In this document: positions 36,940 through 45,984 of the stretch, one piece after another | How positions within the stretch are numbered: position 1 is the stretch's first letter | How the letters are laid out: each line of letters starts with the position of its first letter | Source of the DNA: a virus | Strand: one strand, 5' to 3' | Length of the DNA: 64,000 nucleotides | IMG/VR virus record: IMGVR_UViG_3300027815_000006 | Location: 28,389-92,388 of that record | Notes under the pieces: model-generated | What the model saw: the letters and a program-made list of their open reading frames with translations, nothing else | Database searches by the model: none | What the model was told of the DNA's origin: nothing | Translations under genes and position numbers: made by a program

Positions 36940-37997
36940 TTGACCCATCCTAGCTTCTTGAAGAGCCCGTCCATGGCCTCCCCGATGGGCTTGAAGTCCT
37001 CGTCCGACCACTGCATCGGGACAGAGCTGGACTGGTACCTCTTGAGCTGCTGGAGGAGCAGCGGATTCTGTGAGCGCGTGGCGATGTACTGCGCGTACGC
37101 CCGCGCGAACATCTCGTACCGCTTGAGGAGGTAGGTCCGCAACGGCGCGGGAACGACGGGGGATGGCTTGTTCAAGGTCTGGATGGCCTGAGAGTCGTCC
37201 ATCGCCTTCATCACCGCGTGGTACTCAGGCATCTTCGAGTGCTTGCTCCCCGAGTGTTGAGGAGTACCCGTGGCGTTGTAGTCCAGGTAGTGCCCGAACT
37301 CGTGCACGAAGGTGAGCTCCGGGCTCTTGTTGGACGGGGACTTCGACACCACAATCTCGTTGGGGATGTTCCCCGCGTAGCTTAGGTATGCCCCTGAAAC
37401 TTTTTTGAGATCCACGGACGACCGTACGGGGATGTTGGGGAGCGCTTTGGGGGGGAGCCCGAGGCCGTGCACCGACGCAATGATCTTGAACGCATCCTTG
37501 ATCGCCTGCGCATGAACGTGCTCCGGCCCGTCCTTCACCGTCACGGCCTTCGAGGGATCCATCCCCTGCGGCTGGAGCTTCACGGGAGGGGTGGGGACCG
37601 GCGGCTGGGTTTCCGGATGGACCGCCGGAACCACCGGGGGCTGGACATGCGCCGGAGGTACCTCGGGGGTGTGCTTCGTGACGGGCACGGTCACGATGCC
37701 CCCGCCATCCACAGGATGCGGCTTGCCGTGCTCGCCCCCCAGGACCGCGTTGGCCTTGGGAGTGCCCACCGTGGCGTAGTATTTCCAGTTCTTGCCCCCG
37801 GCGCCCACGGTGTCCGCGATCTTGACGTAAATGTGCTTCCCGTAGGTCTTGTAGGTGCCCACAGGCAGCGCGTCCGTCTCCCCCTCCTGGAGGGGCACGA
37901 TGAGGGTGTCCAGGGCAACCCACTCGCCGCAGAGGGAAAAGATCCGTTCACCGAGGGAGGACATGCGGGGCATCCTTGGAGAAGTGGTCTGCGACAT
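36936..37997 (-). CDS. Zincin metallopeptidase-domain protein
   Basis: TFVHEFGHYLD and EMFARAYAQY; N-terminal module shared with the giant protein; alternative start at 37964. Confidence 0.8.
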   Translation of the reverse strand: MSQTTSPRMPRMSSLGERIFSLCGEWVALDTLIVPLQEGETDALPVGTYKTYGKHIYVKIADTVGAGGKNWKYYATVGTPKANAVLGGEHGKPHPVDGGGIVTVPVTKHTPEVPPAHVQPPVVPAVHPETQPPVPTPPVKLQPQGMDPSKAVTVKDGPEHVHAQAIKDAFKIIASVHGLGLPPKALPNIPVRSSVDLKKVSGAYLSYAGNIPNEIVVSKSPSNKSPELTFVHEFGHYLDYNATGTPQHSGSKHSKMPEYHAVMKAMDDSQAIQTLNKPSPVVPAPLRTYLLKRYEMFARAYAQYIATRSQNPLLLQQLKRYQSSSVPMQWSDEDFKPIGEAMDGLFKKLGWVK

Positions 37998-38796
37998 GGA
38001 GAAGCGCGGCCCTCATGGCTAGGTCTACATCCCCAGGCGGCTCCTTGTCCACCACGGCGCGGAGGAACCTGTCGAGCGCGCCCTTGGAGGCTTTGGACAG
38101 GGGGATGTAGACATGCTCGCGCCCCCCGAGGGTGAGCACCATGTAGGAGTGCTGGAGCGTGCTGCCGTGATCCTCCTGGAGGCGCTTCACGATGGCCGCC
38201 AGCTCGTCGGTGGTCCGGGCCTGCTTCGCCTGCTTGTCGTACTTCGCCAGCGCATCCTCGGGGGTGCCGTGGGACTGGAGGGCCTTCCGGGTCGTCTCCA
38301 CCATGGCCCGCCATTGGTCGTCCTCCGTCACGGCGAAGAGCTTGCGGACTTCCTGGGCACTCCGTTTGGCCACGAATTCGTGGAGGAGCCGCGCGAGTTT
38401 CTCAGGATTGGGCTTCCCCCGGATGTTGTTCAGCCGGAAGGACAGCGCCTTCTGCACGTCCTCGTCCTCGAAGTCCTCTACGGGCAGGATGATCGCGGAT
38501 ACCTCGGGGAGATGCAGGTGCTCCGCAGCCCGCCACCGATACTCCCCCCCAAGGATCCGGTATTCGAGGTGCCCGATGGGCACGAGGATGAGGGCCTCCA
38601 GGAACCCTACGGTCTGGATCTCCTCTACCAGCGCCGCGAAGGTCGCCGGAGTCTGCTCGTTGACGTTCCACCCCGTCGGCACACAGGCCGACGTGGGCAC
38701 CAGCTCCGGCATGAGCACCCGGACAGGACCCCCAGGTCCCAGACCCGCACCCTCCGGGGCATCGGACCGTACGGTCCGGTTTCGAGGACGACCCAT
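37948..38796 (-). CDS. ParB/Srx-family protein
   Basis: WNVNEQT...LVEEIQTVGFLEALIL...YRILGGEYRWRAA (GxxRxxA-type box), LNNIRG, followed by an HTH-like segment. Confidence 0.85.
   Translation of the reverse strand: MGRPRNRTVRSDAPEGAGLGPGGPVRVLMPELVPTSACVPTGWNVNEQTPATFAALVEEIQTVGFLEALILVPIGHLEYRILGGEYRWRAAEHLHLPEVSAIILPVEDFEDEDVQKALSFRLNNIRGKPNPEKLARLLHEFVAKRSAQEVRKLFAVTEDDQWRAMVETTRKALQSHGTPEDALAKYDKQAKQARTTDELAAIVKRLQEDHGSTLQHSYMVLTLGGREHVYIPLSKASKGALDRFLRAVVDKEPPGDVDLAMRAALLHVADHFSKDAPHVLPR
38764..38777. repeat. Dispersed palindrome GGACCGTACGGTCC
   Basis: Perfect, at the 5' end of the ParB-like gene. Confidence 0.95.
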
Positions 38797-38806
38797 GACC
38801 CGTAGC

Positions 38807-38983
38807 CTACTCCGGTTTGGTCAGCTCGGACAGAGCCTCCAGCTTGACCGCCAGGAGATGAAGGGTAGCCGAGACCTCTTCGTCCGAAGAGGCCACCGAC
38901 TCACACCGCCGCGCCACCGCCGCGAGGCTACGCTGGGCCGACGCCAGCTCGTCCAGGAGCACCACCAACGCTAAAGATTCCAC
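38807..38983 (-). CDS. Small helical hypothetical protein (58 aa)
   Basis: Manual translation VESLALVVLLDELASAQR...ELTKPE fills the operon gap. Confidence 0.5.
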   Translation of the reverse strand: MESLALVVLLDELASAQRSLAAVARRCESVASSDEEVSATLHLLAVKLEALSELTKPE

Positions 38984-38989
38984 GGGGAC

Positions 38990-39865
38990 CTACTGATTAG
39001 GTGAGGGTGAGGGTGAGGGGGTGTACTGCGAGTCGAAGATCACGTTGTCACTGCTCTCCAGCGCAATGATACGCAGCCCCAGCGCGTCCGCGAGAGAGCG
39101 TAGGAGGAGCGCGCGGGAATGCTCGGACACCGTGAAGGCGTTGGATGCGAGGAACTGCGTGCAGACGAGGGAGAGGTTGTGGGACGGCACCTCGCTCCCA
39201 GAGGCCTCCTGCGCCCGGTCGAGGGCCTGCTGAACCACCTGGAGCTGTCCGGGGTGCAGCATGAAGACCTTGCGCGTGAGCACGTCCGACGGCGACACCT
39301 GAATCGCAGGAAGCTCCGCCTCGGGACTTCCTGGGCTCGCGGCTTCGTAGGGCGCGGAGGAACCCGCCCCCTGTGTGGGACTGCTGGCGCTCTGGGCCTT
39401 GGTGAGCTGCGCCTTGACGGTGACCTCCAGGTCCGCGAAGGACTTCTTCTCCGCGTAGTCCACCCACTGCGGGAGCGTGTCCTTCGCCGCGACCCGAAGG
39501 ATCTCCCGAGCCTTGGTCCACCCCACGGCCTCCAGCCGTGGCCGGAGCTCCGGTTGCCCTTCGAGCACGCTCTCCGCCCTGTCCGCGATGAGCCGGAGAG
39601 CATTGGCCTTGTGCGGGTTGAGCCCGAGGTCCTGGTACACCCACTCGTTCCAGGACTTGTAGCCCCAGGTCGTGCAAACCAGCGGTTTCGAGGGATCGTC
39701 CTCGACGTGCGTGCGGTAGACGATGGATAGGATCATCGCCAAGTCCATGTAGGACTGCTCCAGCACCTTCACCGCGGTACGCGCCCGGGTGCGGATCATC
39801 ACCCCCCACGCCTTCGTCCCCGGTGCCTTGTCCTTCGCCGTCGTCATTGCCGTATGTTCAGCCAC
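38990..39865 (-). CDS. Putative DNA-binding protein
   Basis: WGYKSWNEWV..LGL..KANALRLIA and VGWTKAREI helical motifs. Confidence 0.6.
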   Translation of the reverse strand: MAEHTAMTTAKDKAPGTKAWGVMIRTRARTAVKVLEQSYMDLAMILSIVYRTHVEDDPSKPLVCTTWGYKSWNEWVYQDLGLNPHKANALRLIADRAESVLEGQPELRPRLEAVGWTKAREILRVAAKDTLPQWVDYAEKKSFADLEVTVKAQLTKAQSASSPTQGAGSSAPYEAASPGSPEAELPAIQVSPSDVLTRKVFMLHPGQLQVVQQALDRAQEASGSEVPSHNLSLVCTQFLASNAFTVSEHSRALLLRSLADALGLRIIALESSDNVIFDSQYTPSPSPSPNQ

Positions 39866-40667
39866 CGTCGGCCTCCTCGAAACAGGGGGTTACAAGGTCG
39901 CAACGCTGCGCGAAGGCATCCGTGGCCGCCCCACACACCCGCGCGGGCAACGCGCCGCCATCGAGCCCTTCCCGAAGGATTCGTACTTCCTCCCGCAGCG
40001 CCACCACAATCTCGGGGTCGAAATCCACCGTGTGCTCCACCAAAGCGTCCACCCCCTTCCCCGCCTTGTGCCAGTAGAGGATCGTCCCCCACCGCAGCCC
40101 CGTCAGGTGCATATAAACGTGTACCTGTAGGACATGCGCATACAGGGGGGCCTCCTCGATCTGAGGCCGGTACCCGACGGACTTGGCCTCGAAGATCCCC
40201 AGGTCCTCCCGCCACGGAACCCGGAGGAACCCGTCGGGGTGGCCCTGGAGGCCGTCGCCCTGGAGAAACATCTCCTGGTAGCCGAACTCCCGCGAGCCGC
40301 ACGGACACTGCCGCGGACGCAGGACGAGCTGGGCGGGATCGAAGTCCCCCATGCACACGCTGGCCGGTCCCCCTACAGAATCACCGCACCCCAGACACCC
40401 CCAGCGCCCCACCAGCACCTCCAGCTCCGGGAGGAGTCTGTTCTGGACCGCCCAATGGATCGCGTCCCCGTGGAGGAAAGTCATGCGCGCGTCTGCGGTG
40501 TCCTGCCGAAGGAGCGGGAGGCGCCGCCGAGCGCGAAGAACCTCGAACCGCGGGCACAGCGCGTGGATTCCGGAGGCCCGAACACCCTCGGAGCCGATGC
40601 CCGTCAGCGGAGCCTGCGTGCTCTCGCGGGTGAACCGGGCGTCTACCAGTGCCTTGAGGGTGTTCAC
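39858..40667 (-). CDS. Cas4-like / PD-(D/E)XK exonuclease
   Basis: RASGI..LCPR, GDAIH, GHPDG, FEAKS, QVHVYM, terminal C..C..C; start GTG 40667. Confidence 0.8.
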   Translation of the reverse strand: MNTLKALVDARFTRESTQAPLTGIGSEGVRASGIHALCPRFEVLRARRRLPLLRQDTADARMTFLHGDAIHWAVQNRLLPELEVLVGRWGCLGCGDSVGGPASVCMGDFDPAQLVLRPRQCPCGSREFGYQEMFLQGDGLQGHPDGFLRVPWREDLGIFEAKSVGYRPQIEEAPLYAHVLQVHVYMHLTGLRWGTILYWHKAGKGVDALVEHTVDFDPEIVVALREEVRILREGLDGGALPARVCGAATDAFAQRCDLVTPCFEEADGG

Positions 40668-41191
40668 GCCGCCTCCAGAAGAGTGCGCGCCTCCAGGAAA
40701 GACAGTCCGAGCCAGCGCCCGTGTTCCGGGTCGGACGCCCGGAAGCTCAAGAAGATGGCGCCGACCTTGGGGGGCTCCGTCTGAAACGCCGCGCGCACAG
40801 CCTCGCTGTGCAACGGGATGGAGTGATGGGTGGTCTCGTAGCCGGTGACCTTCAAGGTCTGGAGCTCCCGCCGGAAGAGGACGTAGCGCGCGGGGAGGAA
40901 CAGCATCTCCAGGTCTGCGTTGGAGAACCGCACAGCCAGCGCCGGGGCCTTGCCTACGCGCAGCGCCGCGATGCGTACGACCTCCAGCCACCGAAGCTGG
41001 AGCTGGAGCACGTCCTTCTCCGTGCGCTTGTGCTCGATGAGGGCCTTGGGGTGTACAAGGTCCGCCCCTGCGGTCTGCGCCCCGGCGTAGGGCTTGGAGC
41101 CCGAGGCGGGAAGGCGCCGCGCGCCGAGAGCCTGCGCCGCCGCGTTCTCCACCCGCTTTGTCTCGCGGCTGCGACGGCGACGTTCGTCCAC
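40664..41191 (-). CDS. PD-(D/E)XK nuclease, Holliday junction resolvase-like
   Basis: E..AAQALGARRLPASGS, ADL, IEHKRT. Confidence 0.7.
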   Translation of the reverse strand: MDERRRRSRETKRVENAAAQALGARRLPASGSKPYAGAQTAGADLVHPKALIEHKRTEKDVLQLQLRWLEVVRIAALRVGKAPALAVRFSNADLEMLFLPARYVLFRRELQTLKVTGYETTHHSIPLHSEAVRAAFQTEPPKVGAIFLSFRASDPEHGRWLGLSFLEARTLLEAA

Positions 41192-41195
41192 GGGG

Positions 41196-42338
41196 CTACT
41201 TGAGAAGCACGGCCAGGAGCGCGTCCCGGACCTGCGCCTTGTAGTCCGCGCTCTCCATGAGCCCCGTCTCGACGTGGCTTCGAGTGGGGAACTCCTTATC
41301 CAAAAGGAGGTACCGCATCCCCACCTTCGTCAGGAGTCCGGCGTACTCCGCATCGTCCACCATCGCCGTCTCATCTCCCACGTCCCCGCGCTTCTTCAGC
41401 CCGGAGTCCGCGAAGAAAAGCCTGTACTCCCCCTGTGTCCGAGGCGCGGCCACCTTGGACTTCACCACCGTCACGGTGTTGGTGGCGTACACGGGAAACT
41501 CCTTCCGGGCCTCCTTGTCCTCCACCATCTCCACCTTGCCCCCCGAAGTACGGATCTCCACCGCGTTCAGATACCCCACCGCGAACCCCCCGGCCTGCAC
41601 GATGGGCGAGCCCCAGACGACCCCGACTTTGGAGCGCTCCTGTGAGACCGTGAGGAGCGTGGGGCGGCGTCCGGTGAGGTTGCCCTGCGCGTTGAGGGCG
41701 GCCACGATGCGCCTGGATGCCTCCGTGAGAAGGCGTGCCTGCGCGCCCGGAGTGGGCTGGTTGACCTCCCGGTCGATCTCCTTCGCAGGCTGGAGGAAGG
41801 CGATGGAGTCCAGGACCACGAGGTTGCACGTCCCGCTGCGCAGAAGCGTCTCCACGATCTCCACAGCGTCCTCCCCCGTGGAAGGCTGGGTGTAGAGGAG
41901 CCGCTCCACCTGCACCCCGAGGTGCGCGAGCCACCGTAGGTCGGTGGTGCCCTCCACGTCCACGTAGGCCGCCAGGAGGTCGTCAGGCTCCTTGCACGCA
42001 CAGGGACGGCGTTGGTAGCACCGCGCGCAGAGGCGCTGGGCCTGCGCAACCGTCTTGGCGCACAGGGCGCTCTTGGCACTGGACTTCGGCCCCCAGAAGG
42101 AGGTCACGAGACCCACGGGGACACCCCCACCCAACCCCACGTCCAGCGGGTATACGCCCGTGGGGATGACCTGCCGGTTCAGGAGCACACGGTTCTCCGA
42201 GGCCACGCCGAAGGCGTGCTCCCCAAAGCGCTTGCGGAGCGCCTTCCCGATGCTTCCCTGAAGGAGCCCCTGGAGCTTGTCCTCGGCCATGGGCTCCGGC
42301 GGCGCCCCCTTCTTGGCCTTCGGCGTCGGCTCGCTCAA
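41196..42338 (-). CDS. recA: RecA-like recombinase
   Basis: IPTGVYPLDVGLGGGVPVG, GPKSSAKS, YVDVEG, VVLDSIA, QARLL, VVKSKV; carries a Cys insertion. Confidence 0.92.
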   Translation of the reverse strand: MSEPTPKAKKGAPPEPMAEDKLQGLLQGSIGKALRKRFGEHAFGVASENRVLLNRQVIPTGVYPLDVGLGGGVPVGLVTSFWGPKSSAKSALCAKTVAQAQRLCARCYQRRPCACKEPDDLLAAYVDVEGTTDLRWLAHLGVQVERLLYTQPSTGEDAVEIVETLLRSGTCNLVVLDSIAFLQPAKEIDREVNQPTPGAQARLLTEASRRIVAALNAQGNLTGRRPTLLTVSQERSKVGVVWGSPIVQAGGFAVGYLNAVEIRTSGGKVEMVEDKEARKEFPVYATNTVTVVKSKVAAPRTQGEYRLFFADSGLKKRGDVGDETAMVDDAEYAGLLTKVGMRYLLLDKEFPTRSHVETGLMESADYKAQVRDALLAVLLK

Positions 42339-42670
42339 AACGGTGCCTCGTTGAGGTTGGGCTTGGGCTTGGTGTTCGGCTGGGTGTGCCCGTGGAGCGC
42401 GCCCAGGTGTGCCTGCACGAACGCCTGCGCCTGCTTGTAGGCCGCCTCGATGGCGATGGACGTGGGCGCACAGGGCAGGGTGACGTGCACCGTCACCCTG
42501 AGCGACTCGAAGTTTCCGAGGTTCCGGGTGAAACCCTCCTCGTACCCCACATGCGCGCAGGGGAGGTCCGTGGGCTCTACGGGAATGGGGAGGTCCGCGG
42601 CCTCCACGGTCTTGCTCCCGCTGGAGGACTTCTCCGTCGTGATGTTCGCGCTCGCCTTGGCTGTTTGCAT
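42335..42670 (-). CDS. Hypothetical protein
   Basis: TRNLGNFESLRV motif; coupled to recA. Confidence 0.65.
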   Translation of the reverse strand: MQTAKASANITTEKSSSGSKTVEAADLPIPVEPTDLPCAHVGYEEGFTRNLGNFESLRVTVHVTLPCAPTSIAIEAAYKQAQAFVQAHLGALHGHTQPNTKPKPNLNEAPF

Positions 42671-42692
42671 CGCTTCCTCGGGGAGAAGTATT

Positions 42693-42706
42693 GGACCGTA
42701 CGGTCC
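42693..42706. repeat. Dispersed palindrome GGACCGTACGGTCC
   Basis: Perfect, intergenic. Confidence 0.95.
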
Positions 42707-42728
42707 AACTGTTAGCCCTTACGAAAGG

Positions 42729-43574
42729 CTACAGCGCGATGGTGGCGGAGTCCGCGACGGTCACCCCGTCGTACTTCGCCCAAGCTGCGCGGACCTCCTC
42801 GTGGAAGGCGCGCTGATTCGCCTCGGAGTGCAGGGTACCCACCCGCTGAATCGCAGCGCGGGCTGCCTCGATCATGTCGAGGGTGTACAGGCGGTGCCGC
42901 TTGGAGGTGGGCTTGAACGGCGTCTCGGGGAGGACCCCGGAGCGCTCCATCTGCGACACCGTGGAGATGTTCCGCTCCAACGCGAGGGCCATCGCCCCCA
43001 CCCGAAGGAGGTAGAGCCGCTGGCGCGTCCCGTCGGGGAAGAGCACGTCGCGCGCGAGGACCGGCACGTCCCGCACCCGCGGCACCGCCCGGTCCAGGTG
43101 GATCCGCCCCTTGGCCTGGAGAAGCCCCAGGATCGTCTCCATGTGCTCCACGGTGTACACCCGCTCCCCGGTCGTGCCCCAGAAGGACGGGCCTGGGATC
43201 ACCCCCCGCTCCTCCCAGCCCCGGAGTGCCTGGAGGGACACCCCCGCCACGAAGGCCAGAGCCGAAATGGGGTAGCCGTAGACCGTCGTCCGACGCTCCA
43301 CGCCCCCCTCCGTGATGAGCACCTCCACCGCCACAGGATCGTGGTCCCGGCGCAGGAGGTAGTCATTGACCTTCACCGCATCCCTCACCACCTGCTGCGC
43401 GGCGAGCTTCTCCTCCTTCATCCGGTTGCGCGCGTCCCGGTTGATCTTGAGAATGTGCGCCCGGTAGGCCGGATCGGTCCAATATCGCTGTGTACGCCGG
43501 ACGTTACGGTTCTCACCCCCCTCGCCTGCGTTCCACGCCGCATACCGAGTGGACTGCTGTGCTGGATCTGCCAT
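42729..43574 (-). CDS. Transcription regulator with two MerR-like HTH domains
   Basis: ISALAFVAGVSLQALRGWEERGVIP..ERVYT and VGAMALALERNISTVSQMERSGVLP..HRLYT. Confidence 0.8.
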   Translation of the reverse strand: MADPAQQSTRYAAWNAGEGGENRNVRRTQRYWTDPAYRAHILKINRDARNRMKEEKLAAQQVVRDAVKVNDYLLRRDHDPVAVEVLITEGGVERRTTVYGYPISALAFVAGVSLQALRGWEERGVIPGPSFWGTTGERVYTVEHMETILGLLQAKGRIHLDRAVPRVRDVPVLARDVLFPDGTRQRLYLLRVGAMALALERNISTVSQMERSGVLPETPFKPTSKRHRLYTLDMIEAARAAIQRVGTLHSEANQRAFHEEVRAAWAKYDGVTVADSATIAL

Positions 43575-43580
43575 GCCCAG

Positions 43581-43609
43581 AGCATAGCAACGTTCGGGCG
43601 ATGGGTCAA
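43581..43609 (-). promoter_or_regulatory. Leaderless-type promoter
   Basis: TTGACC-N17-TATGCT, 6 nt before ATG 43574. Confidence 0.75.
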
Positions 43610-45984
43610 GCCCCCGGAGGCGCCTGCAACCACCCCAGGTCCAGGTAGAACCTGTCCCGGTACTCCCCCATCGCCCGAAGCCGCGGAACCCCGTCGTCCC
43701 GCACGTCCACCACCACAGGCTCCTTCTTCCCCGGATGAAGCCGGAGGATGCGCCCCACCGCCTGTTCCGGGTCCGAGAAGGGCGTAGCCATCACCAGCAC
43801 GTCCAGCTCGGGGATGTCCAGCCCCTCCAGCACAAGCTGAAGCGTCGCCGCGACCACCTGAGCCTGCGCCGCCGCCTTCAGCTCCGCGGGCTTCCTCCCC
43901 CCGACGAAGTGCCCTACGGTGAAGGGGTGGGTGGGGAGGCGCTTCCGGAGGCCCTCCGTGAGCACGTCCAGGTGCTCCAGACGCTCAGACACCAGAAGGA
44001 TTTTTCTCCCCCGCTGGACGGCATCTGCCAGCGTCCGCACGAGGAGATCGTTCCGTGTGGTGTTCTTCGCCAACCAGTTGATGAGGAACGGACGCTTCAC
44101 CAGCCGCGGGTTGATGTTCTCCGACAGCTTGAACCTGGAGTTCACGAAGTGGAGCTTGGGCTTGAGGTACGATTCCTTGTGGGAGAAGAGAACGTCCCCG
44201 AAGGTGTCCTTGAACACCGCCTCCGCGCCATCTGCGCGGCGCATCGTACCGGAGAGCCCCAGGAACCACTCCGCCGGGAATCGTCGAGGGATGGGCCCCC
44301 AGGTGGGGGCGCCTACACGGTGACACTCGTCCGCGACAACGAGGCCGAAGGTCTTGTAGAAGTTGTTGCAGTAGGTGCGCTCGCGGAAGGACTGGATCAT
44401 CCCCACCGCGATGTGCACGCCCTCAAACTCGCACTGCGGCCCCTGCACCCGCCCGACCTTCGCGCCGGGGAGGAACTGCGCGATGCGCTCGGACCACTGG
44501 TCCATGAGGAACTGCTTGTGAACCAGCACGAGGGTAGGCACCTTGAGCGCCGCCACGATGGCGCATAGGGTAACCGTGTTGTGCGTGACCGTGAAGTCCC
44601 CGAGAAGAAACCGCCCATCCCCGTCCAGAGTAAAGCCCGCGTACGCCCCCACCCCCAACGCCTCCACTCGGAATCCGCATCGCGTCACGCACTTGCGGTG
44701 CTTCGCCCCCCTCGGGGTCTTCCGCGGAATGCGCAGAGGCAGTTGCGTCAGCTCCCCCGACACATGAACCCGCCAGTACGTCTGGCCCTTTACGATCTTG
44801 CTCCCGATGGTGGCCAGCAACCCCAACGAGCGCGCGAGGAACGCAATCCCATCCGCGTACGCCCGCCGCTTCTGAATGATCTCGAATACGTCAGCGCTGG
44901 CCGCGTAGTAGCCGTCCGAGTCCAGCAACCCGGCCAAGAACGCAGCCCTGTCCTCTCTGGCTGCCGTCAGATACGAAAACGGGAGATGCTCCGCGCGTCC
45001 CACCACGTCGCGCAGCGTCGTCAGCAGAGGATTGCCCCCCGCCCCCCGCCCCGCGGGTCGCGCCAGATGATACGTCGGACACCCCCCCGTCCCGAAGTCC
45101 GTGCGCACCCGCACCCCGAACGCCTCTGCCACGGCCTCACAAGCCCTCTGGATCTCAATGTCTGGCTTACTCACCGCCACCTCGGTGAGCACCCCGGACT
45201 CGCTCAAGGTCTTGTCGCCGTCTCCGAACCACACGCCGAGGAAATACGGGTCCAGCGGGAGAGGCACCGACGGAGGCGAGAACGCCACCCCCCGCGGCGG
45301 CGTGAACTGCTTGTACCTGGACTTCTTCCACGCCCCCCACCGCAGCCATTCCTGGAGCGAAACATCCACCACGGCATCCGTCTCCGTGTGCACGAGCGTC
45401 AGGATGTGGGCGTCGTTGCAGACCCAGGACGCACCCTTCACCGGAACAATCCGGTAAAGAGGACCCACCCCCCGCGTCGTGCTCAACACTCGCCGGGGGG
45501 TGCTGTCTGACCCCAAGAGGACATCCCCCGCCCGCACGTCCTCCACCCGCACCGTACGCCCGTCATGTAACAGAACCGGGGTACCTAGCCCCAGACACTT
45601 ACCAAATGCCGGGGCGGCCTCCAGAAGCCCCCCGAGGAAGTTGGGGTCCTGTGTCTTTTCCAGAACGACCTTCAGAGCCTCCGCCTGCTTTGGGTAGAGC
45701 TCTCCCTGGAACGTGAGGGGCGAGGGTAGCGGTGCGCCTCGGGTGGTGGACCGTACGGTCCGATGCCTGTCTGGGACGAAGTGCCGCTGGTAGTACCCGC
45801 GGGGTAGCCCGAAAGCATCCTCCCTCTCCATGAACAGCTCGACGGGCGTCGCGTCCTTGTCGTCCTGGAAGTCCTTGGGGATTCTGGGGGTGACCGTGAG
45901 TGCCGCGCGCAGCCTCTCCAGTTGGAGGGGCGTGAGGGCCCGCTTGGGGAGCCACGCATGGGTATCCACGGTCACGTCAAACAA
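43606..45984 (-). CDS. SF2 DExH helicase (UvsW-like) containing an intein
   Basis: AFGK|T split Walker A, DECH, LSGT, EGLDIP, QAVGRILR. Confidence 0.92.
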   Translation of the reverse strand: MFDVTVDTHAWLPKRALTPLQLERLRAALTVTPRIPKDFQDDKDATPVELFMEREDAFGLPRGYYQRHFVPDRHRTVRSTTRGAPLPSPLTFQGELYPKQAEALKVVLEKTQDPNFLGGLLEAAPAFGKCLGLGTPVLLHDGRTVRVEDVRAGDVLLGSDSTPRRVLSTTRGVGPLYRIVPVKGASWVCNDAHILTLVHTETDAVVDVSLQEWLRWGAWKKSRYKQFTPPRGVAFSPPSVPLPLDPYFLGVWFGDGDKTLSESGVLTEVAVSKPDIEIQRACEAVAEAFGVRVRTDFGTGGCPTYHLARPAGRGAGGNPLLTTLRDVVGRAEHLPFSYLTAAREDRAAFLAGLLDSDGYYAASADVFEIIQKRRAYADGIAFLARSLGLLATIGSKIVKGQTYWRVHVSGELTQLPLRIPRKTPRGAKHRKCVTRCGFRVEALGVGAYAGFTLDGDGRFLLGDFTVTHNTVTLCAIVAALKVPTLVLVHKQFLMDQWSERIAQFLPGAKVGRVQGPQCEFEGVHIAVGMIQSFRERTYCNNFYKTFGLVVADECHRVGAPTWGPIPRRFPAEWFLGLSGTMRRADGAEAVFKDTFGDVLFSHKESYLKPKLHFVNSRFKLSENINPRLVKRPFLINWLAKNTTRNDLLVRTLADAVQRGRKILLVSERLEHLDVLTEGLRKRLPTHPFTVGHFVGGRKPAELKAAAQAQVVAATLQLVLEGLDIPELDVLVMATPFSDPEQAVGRILRLHPGKKEPVVVDVRDDGVPRLRAMGEYRDRFYLDLGWLQAPPGA
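44578..45597 (-). mobile_element. Intein (340 aa) with LAGLIDADG homing endonuclease
   Basis: Begins CLGLGTPV and ends VTHN before T; contains CNDAH, YFLGVWFGDG and FLAGLLDSDG. Confidence 0.95.
45748..45761. repeat. Dispersed palindrome GGACCGTACGGTCC
   Basis: Perfect, in the helicase gene. Confidence 0.95.

Noticed and set aside
39858-40667. Cas4-like gene as a sign of a CRISPR-Cas system
   Set aside because: No repeat-spacer array or other cas genes; solo Cas4-like nucleases are common in phage recombination modules.
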